DNA from: an uncultured candidatus Brocadiaceae bacterium
GTDB lineage: Bacteria; Planctomycetota; UBA11346
Direction of reading: 5' to 3'
Assembly (NCBI GenBank): GCA_964612995.1
Contig: CAZTGE010000005.1
Location: forward strand, 1-60,285
DNA length: 60,285 bases
The position numbers and the translations under genes were made by a program. The notes under the pieces were generated by a model, which saw nothing but the letters and a program-made list of their open reading frames with translations, was not told where the DNA came from and searched no databases. Shown here piece after piece: positions 1 to 9,057 of the stretch (the stretch's first letter is position 1; each line of letters starts with the position of its first letter).

Positions 1-626
1 CCATCCTCGGTGGAGCCAAGGTCGCCGACAAGATCCAGCTGATCGAGAACCTGCTCGACAAGGTCGACGAGATGATCATCGGCGGGGCCATGGCCTTCAC
101 CTTCAAGAAGCAACTCGACGACGTGGCCATCGGCGCCTCGCTCTACGATGAGGAGGGGGCCAAGATCGTCCCCGACATCATGGCCAAGGCCAAGGCCAAG
201 GGCGTGACCATCCATCTGCCGGTCGACTACGTCACCGGGTCGAAGTTCGCCGAGGACGCCGAGGTCGGCGAGGCCACCGATGCCTCCGGCATCCCCGAGG
301 GCTGGCTCGGCCTCGATGTCGGTGCCGATTCCAACGCCATCTTCACCAAGGCGATCAAGCAGGCCAAGACCATCGTCTGGAACGGCCCGGCGGGCGTGTT
401 CGAGATGGCGCCCTTCGCCAAGGGCACCGAGGCGATGGCCCAGGCGGTGGCCGCAGCGACCGCCGAGGGCGCGGTGTCGATCATCGGCGGCGGCGATACC
501 GCGACGGCGGCCAAGGTCTTCGGCATCGAGGATCAGGTCAGCCACGTCTCCACCGGTGGGGGCGCCAGCCTCGAGCTGCTCGAGGGCAAGGAGTTGCCGG
601 GCGTGGCGCATCTGAGCGAAGGCTGA
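1..626 (+). CDS. pgk: phosphoglycerate kinase (5'-truncated by window edge)
   Basis: Frame from nt 3 reads [28 protein letters not shown]; also [14 protein letters not shown] and [21 protein letters not shown] motifs. Confidence 0.97.
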   Translation, partial: ILGGAKVADKIQLIENLLDKVDEMIIGGAMAFTFKKQLDDVAIGASLYDEEGAKIVPDIMAKAKAKGVTIHLPVDYVTGSKFAEDAEVGEATDASGIPEGWLGLDVGADSNAIFTKAIKQAKTIVWNGPAGVFEMAPFAKGTEAMAQAVAAATAEGAVSIIGGGDTATAAKVFGIEDQVSHVSTGGGASLELLEGKELPGVAHLSEG

Positions 627-728
627 ATCCCCGTTTCGTGTAGCGGCCCTCGGCGTGTCCCCGGCGCGCGGGGGGCCGTCGCGGCGGCGGGACTGGCATC
701 GCAGGGCCGGTCGGGGTATGATGGCCAG

Positions 729-1577
729 ATGGCCAACCAGCCCGTGTTGTCCACTGTTTTGGTCGAGAAGCTGGGTTTCGCGCGCAACCTGCTGACCCTC
801 GCCGCGCCGGTCGAGGTCCGGGTCCACCCCGTTCTGCTCGACGACATGGCCGTGCTGCGGGTCGAGGGGTTCGACGAGCCGATCTACTGCGATCGCGACT
901 ACCTGCGGCGCAATCAGATCCGCTTCGGTTCGCAGGCGGGGAAGGGCTCGCAACTGCTGGCCTGGACCCGCCCCGAACGGCGTCGGCGCAGCGACGACCC
1001 CGCGAACCCGGAGATCGATCTGGTCACCGTGCTCGATCTGTTCCAGCTCGGGCACCCGATGGATTTCAAGCGTTTCCAGCGTTTCGTCGACGGGCTCGCG
1101 CTGCGCGATACCCAGGCGCGGGAGTATCTCGCGCGCAAGGCCGAGGAGTTTCCGCTGCTGGTGGTGGACGAGGACGGCGTGGCCAGCGCTCTGCGCTGTC
1201 TGGCCCGGATCGTCGACACCGCGGAGGTCGACCTCGGCCTGGCAGCCAGAGGCGCGGCGCGGCCGGGCCACCAGCAATTGGGCAAGCAGTTCGCCGAACC
1301 CCTCAGCGCTGCGCGCAAGAGCCCGCTGCTGGTTCCGCTGCTCGTCCGCCTCGAGCCGGCCGAACGCTTCAACGCCTTCCGTCTGTTGTGCTACGCTGAG
1401 GATCCCGAGACCGGCACCGCCGGGATGATCGACTTCGTCCGTGCCGTCGCCGCCGCCACCGGCTATGCAGTGCTCGCGGAGCGCAGCGAGACCGTTGACA
1501 GCGCCGATGCGTTGCGCTCGCTGCTCGAAGGGCTCAACGCCTGGCTGCTCTCGCCGCGCCGGCCAGGTGCCGAATAA
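729..1577 (+). CDS. hypothetical protein (282 aa)
   Basis: Long ORF with normal composition and GC3 bias; no recognised motif. Confidence 0.7.
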   Translation: MANQPVLSTVLVEKLGFARNLLTLAAPVEVRVHPVLLDDMAVLRVEGFDEPIYCDRDYLRRNQIRFGSQAGKGSQLLAWTRPERRRRSDDPANPEIDLVTVLDLFQLGHPMDFKRFQRFVDGLALRDTQAREYLARKAEEFPLLVVDEDGVASALRCLARIVDTAEVDLGLAARGAARPGHQQLGKQFAEPLSAARKSPLLVPLLVRLEPAERFNAFRLLCYAEDPETGTAGMIDFVRAVAAATGYAVLAERSETVDSADALRSLLEGLNAWLLSPRRPGAE

Positions 1578-1583
1578 CAGGGG

Positions 1584-2036
1584 TCAGGGTGCGTGACGCC
1601 GTTGCCCGGCGGTGAGGCGTTCGAGAGCGGCGTCGACGTTCTGGGCGCAGAGCAAGTGGCGCGTGAGGCCGAGGATGGCCAGGGTCTCCATGATCGAGGC
1701 GGGAACCGCGACGCAGAAGAACGGCAGTTCCTGCGCCGCCGCCTGGCGGGCGGCCAGCAGGAAGCCGATCGCGGCAGAGGGCAGGCACTCGCAGTCGGCG
1801 AGATCGACGATGACCGCCCGCGGTGTGTTCGCGCGTTCCTGCTCGAGCCGGGTCACCGCATCGGTCAGAGCAGATCGCTGGGCCGGGTCGGCGGTGGTGG
1901 CGAGATCGAGTACGAGCGCGCGGTCCTGCAGGTAGACCGCGGCGGTGAACATCGCATTGGGGATTGCCGGACGGGTTTCGAGAGTCCGGATCAGGCTCGC
2001 CAGGTGATCGAGCACGGCAGCATTGTGCATCGCCAT
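1584..2036 (-). CDS. STAS-domain (anti-anti-sigma-like) protein
   Basis: VIVDLADCECLPSAAIGFLL...IMETLAILGL matches the STAS pattern (D-L-x-x-x-x-x-x-x-S-x-x-I-G); ATG at 2036 follows GAAGG. Confidence 0.7.
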   Translation of the reverse strand: MAMHNAAVLDHLASLIRTLETRPAIPNAMFTAAVYLQDRALVLDLATTADPAQRSALTDAVTRLEQERANTPRAVIVDLADCECLPSAAIGFLLAARQAAAQELPFFCVAVPASIMETLAILGLTRHLLCAQNVDAALERLTAGQRRHAP

Positions 2037-2158
2037 GACCTTCAACGATGGAGGAGGACGGCACCGGTCGACTATATACAGCCTCGCAAGCGAAGGCCAG
2101 TGGCGATTGCCGCCCGAGATCGCATCGTCGTTTTCTGACAGAGCGGCCGACGAACTTT

Positions 2159-2385
2159 GGCCGGTAACCACTCAGGCCCATGGGGCCTGAGTGGTTACCG
2201 GCCAAATTCGGGGCCCCATCGCACCCGATGGGGTTTGGCGTCGAGTGGTGGTGGGCGGATACGTTTCGGCGCAGCCGATCCGCTCACGCCTGAATCTGCT
2301 GGCAGATTCAGGCGAACCACGACAAAGCCAGGGGGGTAGGTCCTCACTGCGTGAGGACCGTAGGGGCGAAGCCCCTGAGAGTCAC
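2159..2385. repeat. hairpin-rich dispersed repeat element, copy A (REP/MITE-like)
   Basis: 21-bp perfect inverted repeat GGCCGGTAACCACTCAGGCCC-atg-GGGCCTGAGTGGTTACCGGCC (2159-2203) followed by several hairpins; the same modules recur at 41099-41433, 35058-35115 and 47724-47762. Confidence 0.85.
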
Positions 2386-2694
2386 CTTTGGCGTTCCCAC
2401 CGCTTCGCCACTGCGGACCCCCGGTCATCGTCTTCGGCTCCTCGCGGTCCCGATGTTTGTTCGCCAGCTGCTGGCGTCTTCGGCGGCCTTGCAGGCCATT
2501 TTCGCCGGAAAGCGTTCCTCTGTCGGCGGTCGCCCAGTCGGGCCTGGTTGGGCTTCGAATGCCGCGGTCGGGCAGGTCCTGGTCTCAGGGAGCCTTCACT
2601 TCGCCCCAACTGGGCTATGCGGAGGTTTCGGGTGGGAAGAGGCCGGAGCTGATCGGCGGTGGCGCGTTGGCGCGACCGGTGGTCGCGCCCGTGC

Positions 2695-3294
2695 TCAGGC
2701 TGTGCAGTCGGGGTCGCCCGCAGCACGGGGCGCGGGGCGTGGCTCCTCGCCGAAGACCTCGGCCTCGAACACCTCGAACCAGGTTCGAGGATGACGCCAG
2801 GCATCGCTCGGCAGACCGGCTTTGGCGCTGAGGTGGCTGAGCATCTGCTCACGGGTCCAGCCTTGTTCGGGGGCGACCTGGGGCAGGAAGACCGCTCCGG
2901 CGGGGCCGTGGTGGAGGACCACGCCATGGCGGCCGGGTTCGATCGCGTCGACCTGGTCCACACGTTCCGGCGGATGCAACGCCGAGATCTCGATCCGCAG
3001 TCGTACGAGTTCCCCCGGCTGCAGGGGCGCGAAACGCGGATCGTCGAAGGCGGCGGCGCAGGCGCGATCGGCCACCGCTTCGCTCACCGGCCGGCGGGCG
3101 ACGATCTCGCCGATGCAGCCGCGCAGTCGCCCAGCGATGGTCAAGGTCACGAAGGCGCCCATGTGCTGGTCGAGGGCCGGCGAGCTGGAAGCCAACAGCT
3201 CGCCGGCGCGCGGACGACGGGAATGGGCGAACGCGTGGGCGATACTCGCCCGGGCAAGGGTCAGCAGGTCGGATCTGGCAACGTCGTCGAGCAT
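2695..3294 (-). CDS. amrA: AmmeMemoRadiSam system protein A (AMMECR1 family)
   Basis: GAFVTL...LRGCIG, AAFDDPRF, IEISAL, FLPQVAPEQGW, KAGL motifs. Confidence 0.93.
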   Translation of the reverse strand: MLDDVARSDLLTLARASIAHAFAHSRRPRAGELLASSSPALDQHMGAFVTLTIAGRLRGCIGEIVARRPVSEAVADRACAAAFDDPRFAPLQPGELVRLRIEISALHPPERVDQVDAIEPGRHGVVLHHGPAGAVFLPQVAPEQGWTREQMLSHLSAKAGLPSDAWRHPRTWFEVFEAEVFGEEPRPAPRAAGDPDCTA

Positions 3295-3306
3295 GGTCGC
3301 TCCGTG

Positions 3307-4173
3307 TCATTCGGCCCAGGCGCCGGTGACCCCGGCGCTGAGGTAGCTCACGCAGTGGCTGAAATCGCCGGTCTGCACGCCCGATGTGGTGTAGGCGATC
3401 AGCTCGATCGCCGGATCGTCGTCGTCGGCTTCGAGCATCGCCAGCAGCAGGCCGACGCTGTTCCGGCCGCAGATGGTCGCCCCGGTCTGGCTGATGCGCT
3501 CGCGCCAGCCGGGCAGATCCCTGGCCTGGAGGCGGGCGAAGACCTCCATGTCCAGCCTTTCCAGATTCGCGGGAATATCATCGGTGAAGGGGACGAAGCC
3601 GAAATTGCGGCCGTAATGGGTGAAGTCGGTGCTGGCCACCACCAGCGTGTCGGCATCGATGCAATCCACGATCGCGCGCGCGACCGAGCGGGTGGTGGCC
3701 AGATCGAGTTCGCCGACCACCAGCGGGACCAGCGGGACCGCGCCGCAGCAGTGCTGGATCAGCGGCACCTGGATCTGCACGCTGTGTTCGCTCGCATGTG
3801 CCTGGGTGACCGTGGAGATGGCCGGGTGCCGTTGCAGGGTGGCGATGCAGCCGGTGTCCACCGGGACTTCGCCCAACGGAGTGGCCAGGGCGTCCCACGA
3901 CGGCGCGCTCACCATCCCCGGTAGCGGTACGCGATGGGCGGGGCCGATGATCACGATGCGCTTGTAGTCGGCGCTGCGTACCTGGGCCAGTCCGGCCAGA
4001 GCCACGTCGGCCGAATAGCTGTAGCCCGCATGCGGCAGGACCAGGGCCCGCAGCGATCCGAGGCCCAGCGCGGGGGCTCTGGCAAGACCGGCGTCGAGCA
4101 TGTCGCGCAGGGCTTGCGGATCGTCGGGGTACCAGGTCCCGGCCAGGGGCGATGGGTGGACTGCGTGCGGCAT
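3307..4173 (-). CDS. amrB: AmmeMemoRadiSam system protein B (MEMO1 family)
   Basis: AGTWYP, PHAGYSYS, GPAH, EHSVQIQ, ASTDFTHY, TICG, VSY motifs; ATG at 4173 with AGGGAG RBS. Confidence 0.93.
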   Translation of the reverse strand: MPHAVHPSPLAGTWYPDDPQALRDMLDAGLARAPALGLGSLRALVLPHAGYSYSADVALAGLAQVRSADYKRIVIIGPAHRVPLPGMVSAPSWDALATPLGEVPVDTGCIATLQRHPAISTVTQAHASEHSVQIQVPLIQHCCGAVPLVPLVVGELDLATTRSVARAIVDCIDADTLVVASTDFTHYGRNFGFVPFTDDIPANLERLDMEVFARLQARDLPGWRERISQTGATICGRNSVGLLLAMLEADDDDPAIELIAYTTSGVQTGDFSHCVSYLSAGVTGAWAE

Positions 4174-4341
4174 GCGAAGAATCTCCCTATCGATCTGGCC
4201 GAGGGGGCGTCGTTGCTTCGATCCCGGCGGGTCGCGGCCCTGCTGCCCCGGTGGACGGGTGGGCGGGAGCGACCCGCACGGTACCACTCATCCTAGAGCT
4301 GGTGGTGCGGGGGAAACGATGATGAAGCGCGGTGAGGGAAC

Positions 4342-5349
4342 TCAGTCGCTCCAGCGCCGTTGACGGTCGAAGCCACCCCAGCCGGTGCGTTGGCGCGGCT
4401 TCGGTTTCTCCTGCTTCGCCCGGCCGACCAGCTGGCGCAGCTGGTTCACTTGGGGGTCGATGCCCATGATCGTCCGCGTCGGCGCCGGGCCGAGCAGGAC
4501 GGTGGTCGGCAGTTCGGGCAGACGCCATTGCTCGCGCCAGGCGGCGGCGTCGCCGTCCTGGTTGGGATTGGCCCAGAGCAGGTCCACCTCGGCGCCGTGC
4601 TCGATCTCGCCCAGTCGGGTCATCGCTCCGAGCGGATTGCCGTCGAAGCTGACGCAGACCAGCCGCAGGCGGTCGCGGTAGTCGGGTGCGTCGAGCTCCT
4701 CGATCAGCGATGCGATCTGGAAGCGCTGCTCGGGCTCGGACAGATCGATGAAACAGACCAGCAACCAGGGCTCGGTGCGCGCGGTGAGCGGGTCGCGGGG
4801 GCCGCCGGTGAGGTTCTGCGCCGGGATCCGCGGTGCGGGCACGCCGATGCGCTCATGGAATGCGATCAGCTGCATCAACGGCGTGAACTCGGGAATCTCG
4901 GCGGTGACGTTGACTGCGGTCTGCTTGGCTTCGGCGATGCGCCCGCGCATCAGGCTGTGGCGGGCCGAGAGCACCGCGGCGAGCTGCTTGTAGGAGGGCC
5001 GGTCCGACTGACGGATGCGTTCGAGCAGTGGCGGGACGTTCTCACCGTTGGCGAAGCGCATCCGCCACGAGGCGAGATAATAGAGCGCCTTGTTCTCGTA
5101 ACGGGTGCCCTTGGCCCGCTCGAGCAGGCGTTCGAGCTGGGATTCGAGCCGCGCCTCGCGATCCCAGCGTTCTTCGGGCGGCAGCATGCGGTACTCGTCG
5201 AGCTTGCGCTCGAAGCGTTCGATCGACTCGAGCGCCTCGCGGGCGGCTGGATCGAGCCGCATGCGGAAGCCGTCCTGGTCTGACTGGGCCCGGACGTGAT
5301 CGCAACAGAGCAGGATCAACACGCATACCAGATAGCGCATGGGCTTCAT
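4342..5349 (-). CDS. exported protein with helical N-domain and C-terminal thioredoxin-like domain lacking CxxC
   Basis: Signal-peptide-like N-terminus; PWLLVCFID...LRLVCVSFD...WRLPELPTTVLLGP resembles the TlpA/redoxin fold. Confidence 0.6.
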   Translation of the reverse strand: MKPMRYLVCVLILLCCDHVRAQSDQDGFRMRLDPAAREALESIERFERKLDEYRMLPPEERWDREARLESQLERLLERAKGTRYENKALYYLASWRMRFANGENVPPLLERIRQSDRPSYKQLAAVLSARHSLMRGRIAEAKQTAVNVTAEIPEFTPLMQLIAFHERIGVPAPRIPAQNLTGGPRDPLTARTEPWLLVCFIDLSEPEQRFQIASLIEELDAPDYRDRLRLVCVSFDGNPLGAMTRLGEIEHGAEVDLLWANPNQDGDAAAWREQWRLPELPTTVLLGPAPTRTIMGIDPQVNQLRQLVGRAKQEKPKPRQRTGWGGFDRQRRWSD

Positions 5350-5515
5350 TGTGACGCCCGCGATCGCGATTGAAAGATGGGATCGGCAGGGCCTTGGACC
5401 GCGGCGATACCAGATGGCGCACCATGCGATCGGGCTTATCGGTGATTGCCGGTCGGCTCCAGCGTCGTGCTGCGATCAGGGCTGGGCGTCAGCCGTGCCG
5501 GCGTCGACACGCGGC

Positions 5516-7417
5516 CTACTCAGGTCGGGTTGTCTGCCGATCACCAAGACCCAGACGCGGCCCCATGCTGCCGGCGGGGGTGAGGATCACCCGAGCGGAT
5601 CGGGGGAAGACGGGACTGCTGAGGATGGATACTGCGCTGGCGAAGCCGCGGGCCTCGGCGCTGGCAGGGAAGGCGTAGGCGACCTTGCGCAGGGGGCGCC
5701 CGTCGGGGCCGTAGAAGGCCACGCCGACCTCGGGCAAACGCTCGCCCGGCGGGCCCTGGACCACCAGCTCGCTGCGGAGGTGCTGTTCCTCGCCCTCGCC
5801 GGGTTCGTGGTCCACGCGCAGCGTGATGAGGTAATCGCCGCCGAGGGCGATGACCCGGCCGGGGGTGATCTGCAGCAGGGGCTGCTCTTCGGCCGCCTCG
5901 CCGAGCAGCGATTCGAGGTGCGTGCCCTGGATGCGCCGGGTGAAGGCGGTGAGGCTCTCCTCGGCCGTGGCCAGTGCGTGTTCCAGTTCCATGTTGCGCT
6001 GGGCGGTGGCGTCGAGCTTGCGTTCGACCGTCGCGAGCTCCTGCTCGTAGGTGGTGACCTTGGCGCTGAGATCGCGGATCCGGTGTTCGTTGGCCAGCTG
6101 GTCGCCGTAGACGTGCTTCTCGAGCTTCCGTTTCTCCGTGCGCAGGGTGTCGACGCCGCGGGCGAGGATGGTGCTGGCCTGTTCCAGCCGTCGATTGCGA
6201 TCGATCTGCTCCGCGAGCTCGTTGCGGGCCTCCGCGAGCGTTGCCTCGAGCAACAGCACGCGGTCGCTGGCCTCGCGCAGGCTGGCGTTGTCGACGGCCA
6301 GATCGCGGCGCGCTCGCTCCAGGGCTTCGATCCGACCGGCGGCGGTGGCCAGGCGTTCACCGGCCCGCTCGGTCTGGTCGTGTGCCTGTGCCACCTGTTG
6401 TTCGAGTCGATCGGCCGTATCGGTCAGCGATCGGATCCGGGCGCGATAGGCGGCGCGGTCATCGGATGTCAGTGGGCTGCTCGTCGGTGGTTCGGGCAGC
6501 CGCGCGGTCGGCGGCGCGGTCGGTGCAGGGCGGTCGTCGAGCCGTAGGCGGATGACATCGGCGGTCGCAGCCATGGCCAGGATGAGCGCGGCGGCGCAGA
6601 AGATCGCCATCCGGCGGGTCTGGCGTCGCATGTGGCGCAGGGCCGAGAGCGAGGCCGGCGGCGTCGGCTGACGGGTGGTGGGGATGCGCGGAATCGGCTC
6701 GAGCGCGGCCGCCGGATCGCTCACCGGGCGCTCGAGCACGTCGCTGCGGTAGAGCCGGGGGCGTTCGAGTTCGGGATCCGAGGCGCGGGCCATCTGTGCG
6801 CCCGTGTCGATGTCGTGCGCGCCGAGGGCCACTGGAGCGACGTAGCGCTGCGTCGCCTCCTCGTCGCCCTGTTCCTCGGCCTCGAAGCCGCGGATGCCGG
6901 AGAAGCGGGTGAGGCGGTTCCATTGGAAGTCGGCCACCTCGGCGTCGGCCATGTCGGCTTCGCGCAGGTCGGAGCCGAGCAGCACCGTGCCCGCGAGGTG
7001 TGCGCCGGTGAGATCGGCGTTGCGCAGGCTGGCGTTGCCGAGGTGGGTCTCGACCAGCTCGCAGCCTGCAAGTCGCGCCGCGTCGAGGTGGGCGGCGCGG
7101 AGGTTGGTCCGCGTGAGGTCGGCGCCGGTGAGATCGGCGCCGGCGAGGTCCGCGCCGGCGAGCACCGCGTCGCGCAGATGCGCGCCACGGAGGTTGACGC
7201 CGGCCAGACGGGCACCCGGCCAGACCAGGCCTTCGAGGTGATAGCCCTCGCAGTCGCCGGCGCTCATCCGCACCGCCTGCTTGAGCAGTTCGACCACGTA
7301 GGCGGGGGTCTTGTCGACCTCGGCATTGTGCCAGATGCAGTGATCCGCTCCGCCCGGCGCAGGCTGTGCGCAGGCCGGGCGTTCGCGCTCGTAGGCGTGT
7401 GCGCAATCGTTCATCAT
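5516..7417 (-). CDS. pentapeptide-repeat membrane protein with coiled-coil region
   Basis: A(D/N)Lxx repeats (ADLAGADLTGADLTRTNLRAA), one hydrophobic segment, long heptad-rich stretch; ATGA overlap with the upstream gene. Confidence 0.85.
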   Translation of the reverse strand: MMNDCAHAYERERPACAQPAPGGADHCIWHNAEVDKTPAYVVELLKQAVRMSAGDCEGYHLEGLVWPGARLAGVNLRGAHLRDAVLAGADLAGADLTGADLTRTNLRAAHLDAARLAGCELVETHLGNASLRNADLTGAHLAGTVLLGSDLREADMADAEVADFQWNRLTRFSGIRGFEAEEQGDEEATQRYVAPVALGAHDIDTGAQMARASDPELERPRLYRSDVLERPVSDPAAALEPIPRIPTTRQPTPPASLSALRHMRRQTRRMAIFCAAALILAMAATADVIRLRLDDRPAPTAPPTARLPEPPTSSPLTSDDRAAYRARIRSLTDTADRLEQQVAQAHDQTERAGERLATAAGRIEALERARRDLAVDNASLREASDRVLLLEATLAEARNELAEQIDRNRRLEQASTILARGVDTLRTEKRKLEKHVYGDQLANEHRIRDLSAKVTTYEQELATVERKLDATAQRNMELEHALATAEESLTAFTRRIQGTHLESLLGEAAEEQPLLQITPGRVIALGGDYLITLRVDHEPGEGEEQHLRSELVVQGPPGERLPEVGVAFYGPDGRPLRKVAYAFPASAEARGFASAVSILSSPVFPRSARVILTPAGSMGPRLGLGDRQTTRPE

Positions 7418-8631
7418 CCGTCTCGTGCCGATTCGGTGGACGGCGGCTGCTCGGGCGTGGTGCTGGGCTCGTCGTCGCCGAAGATCCTGAGTGCGCGTTC
7501 GCGCAGAGCGGTGGCGGCGCCGGGGCGCAGCCGGCTATAGGCGGTCACGTGTTCGAGCGCCTTGTCTTCGTTGCGGCGATGCTCGGAGTAGATGATGGCG
7601 AGGCGGAAGTGCGCCCGCAGGTCCGTCTCCGAGTGCGGGTCGAAGTTTTCGCCGGCGATCTCGCGTTCGAGGTGGACGATGGCCTTGTCATATTCGGCCA
7701 GGCTCTCGTAGTATTCGCCGAGCAGCCCGTTGGCCTCGGCGAAGTCGGGATCGCGTTCCAGGATCTGTTGCAGGTCCTCTTTCATCAGCACCTTGGTGGG
7801 AACGCCTGGGATGCTGGCGCGGCGGTAGTAGCGAGCGCGGTGCCACAGTGCGCGGGTGAGCATGCTCGGGCGGTGGGCCGTGGCGACCTGGACCGCCTTG
7901 GTGTAGAGCGCGTGGGCCTCGCCGCGGCCCTGGCCGCGCTCGGCGAGCACGGCGAGATTGAGCAGCGGTTCGGGTCGCCGCGGGTCGGCCTCGTGTGCGC
8001 GACGCAGGTGGCTTTCGGCGAGGTCGGGCCGCTTGAGGCGCATGTGCAGGGTGCCGAGGTTGTAGTGGGCCTGGAAGTGGCGCTCGTCGAGGGCGAGGCA
8101 CTTCTCGTAGGCCGCGCGTGCGGCGCTGAGATCGCCGAGCTGCTCATGGGCGGTGGCGAGGTTGTAGAGGTACCCGGCCTTCTCTGCCGGTTTGATCGCT
8201 GCTTCGACCGCGTTGCCGAAGCGGGTGCGGGCGAGAGCGTATTCCTGCAGCTGGAAAGCGATCACCCCGAGGCTGGCGTGGACTTCGGGATTGTCGCGGC
8301 GCAGGTCGACCGCATCGCGGAAGTAGTTGCGCGCCATGGTGTAGTGGTCCTGGCGCTCCTCCGCCGAGGTCGCCGCCTGGGCCATCTTCTGGTGGGTCAG
8401 GCCGAGGTTGAACAGGGAGTAGAAGTAGGCCTTGTCGGCACGGTGGGCCTTGGCGTAGTAGCTGACCGCGGTCTCGTACTGGCCGCGAAGGAAGGCGCCG
8501 TTGCCGAGGACCGTCAGCTTGGCCGGACTGCCATCGGGCAGTTCGGCCACCTCGACGCCGCCCAGGCTCGCGGCCAGGCAACAGGCCAACGCCACGCGGG
8601 TCGCGAATGCTCTGCGTGGTCTACGCACCAC
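7414..8631 (-). CDS. exported tetratricopeptide-repeat protein
   Basis: Repeated FNLG/YNLA/YNLG/LNLA TPR signatures; signal-like N-terminus; GTG start after AAAGGA. Confidence 0.85.
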   Translation of the reverse strand: MVRRPRRAFATRVALACCLAASLGGVEVAELPDGSPAKLTVLGNGAFLRGQYETAVSYYAKAHRADKAYFYSLFNLGLTHQKMAQAATSAEERQDHYTMARNYFRDAVDLRRDNPEVHASLGVIAFQLQEYALARTRFGNAVEAAIKPAEKAGYLYNLATAHEQLGDLSAARAAYEKCLALDERHFQAHYNLGTLHMRLKRPDLAESHLRRAHEADPRRPEPLLNLAVLAERGQGRGEAHALYTKAVQVATAHRPSMLTRALWHRARYYRRASIPGVPTKVLMKEDLQQILERDPDFAEANGLLGEYYESLAEYDKAIVHLEREIAGENFDPHSETDLRAHFRLAIIYSEHRRNEDKALEHVTAYSRLRPGAATALRERALRIFGDDEPSTTPEQPPSTESARDG

Positions 8632-8641
8632 CGGTCCTTTC

Positions 8642-8950
8642 TCACGATCGTTGCGGAGGCTCGGCGAGCAGGGCATCGAGGATGGGGTCGGCGAGCTCCT
8701 CGGCCGTAGCGCTGTACTCGCCCGCGGCTATGCGTGCGCGCAGGTCCTCGACGCGGTGGAGCCGCGCCGGGTCGACCTGTTTGAGGGTCTCGACGAAACG
8801 GGCGATGGCGGCACTGTCACCGGTCGAGACGCTGTCACCGCCTGCGCCGTCACGCCCACTCACGAGGGGTGCGCTCGCGGCGACCTTCTCGGGCGGGCGC
8901 TTGCGTCCGAGGCGCTCGAAGCCCTGCAGGTCTGGGCGGATCTCCATCAT
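8642..8950 (-). CDS. flgM: anti-sigma-28 factor FlgM
   Basis: 102 aa; D-S-V-S plus C-terminal RLHRVEDLRARIAAGEY...EELADPIL, the FlgM sigma-binding motif. Confidence 0.85.
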   Translation of the reverse strand: MMEIRPDLQGFERLGRKRPPEKVAASAPLVSGRDGAGGDSVSTGDSAAIARFVETLKQVDPARLHRVEDLRARIAAGEYSATAEELADPILDALLAEPPQRS

Positions 8951-8987
8951 CGGCTCCCGGGAACGGGGTCAGGATCGCTCTTCTCCA

Positions 8988-9014
8988 GTAACGGCACGCC
9001 GGCGCGCCGCTTGA
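8988..9014 (-). promoter_or_regulatory. putative sigma-28 promoter of flgM
   Basis: TCAA-N15-GCCGTTAC versus consensus TAAA/TCAA-N15-GCCGATAA, ~40 nt upstream of flgM. Confidence 0.6.
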
Positions 9015-9057
9015 GCACCGATCAGCATGGGGCGTACAGGGCCCGACGGCAAGACCT

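Noticed and set aside
2159-2203. Integron attC site (AAC...GTT ends)
   Set aside because: Too short and perfectly paired, lacks RYYYAAC/GTTRRRY boxes and extrahelical bases; no integrase or cassette array
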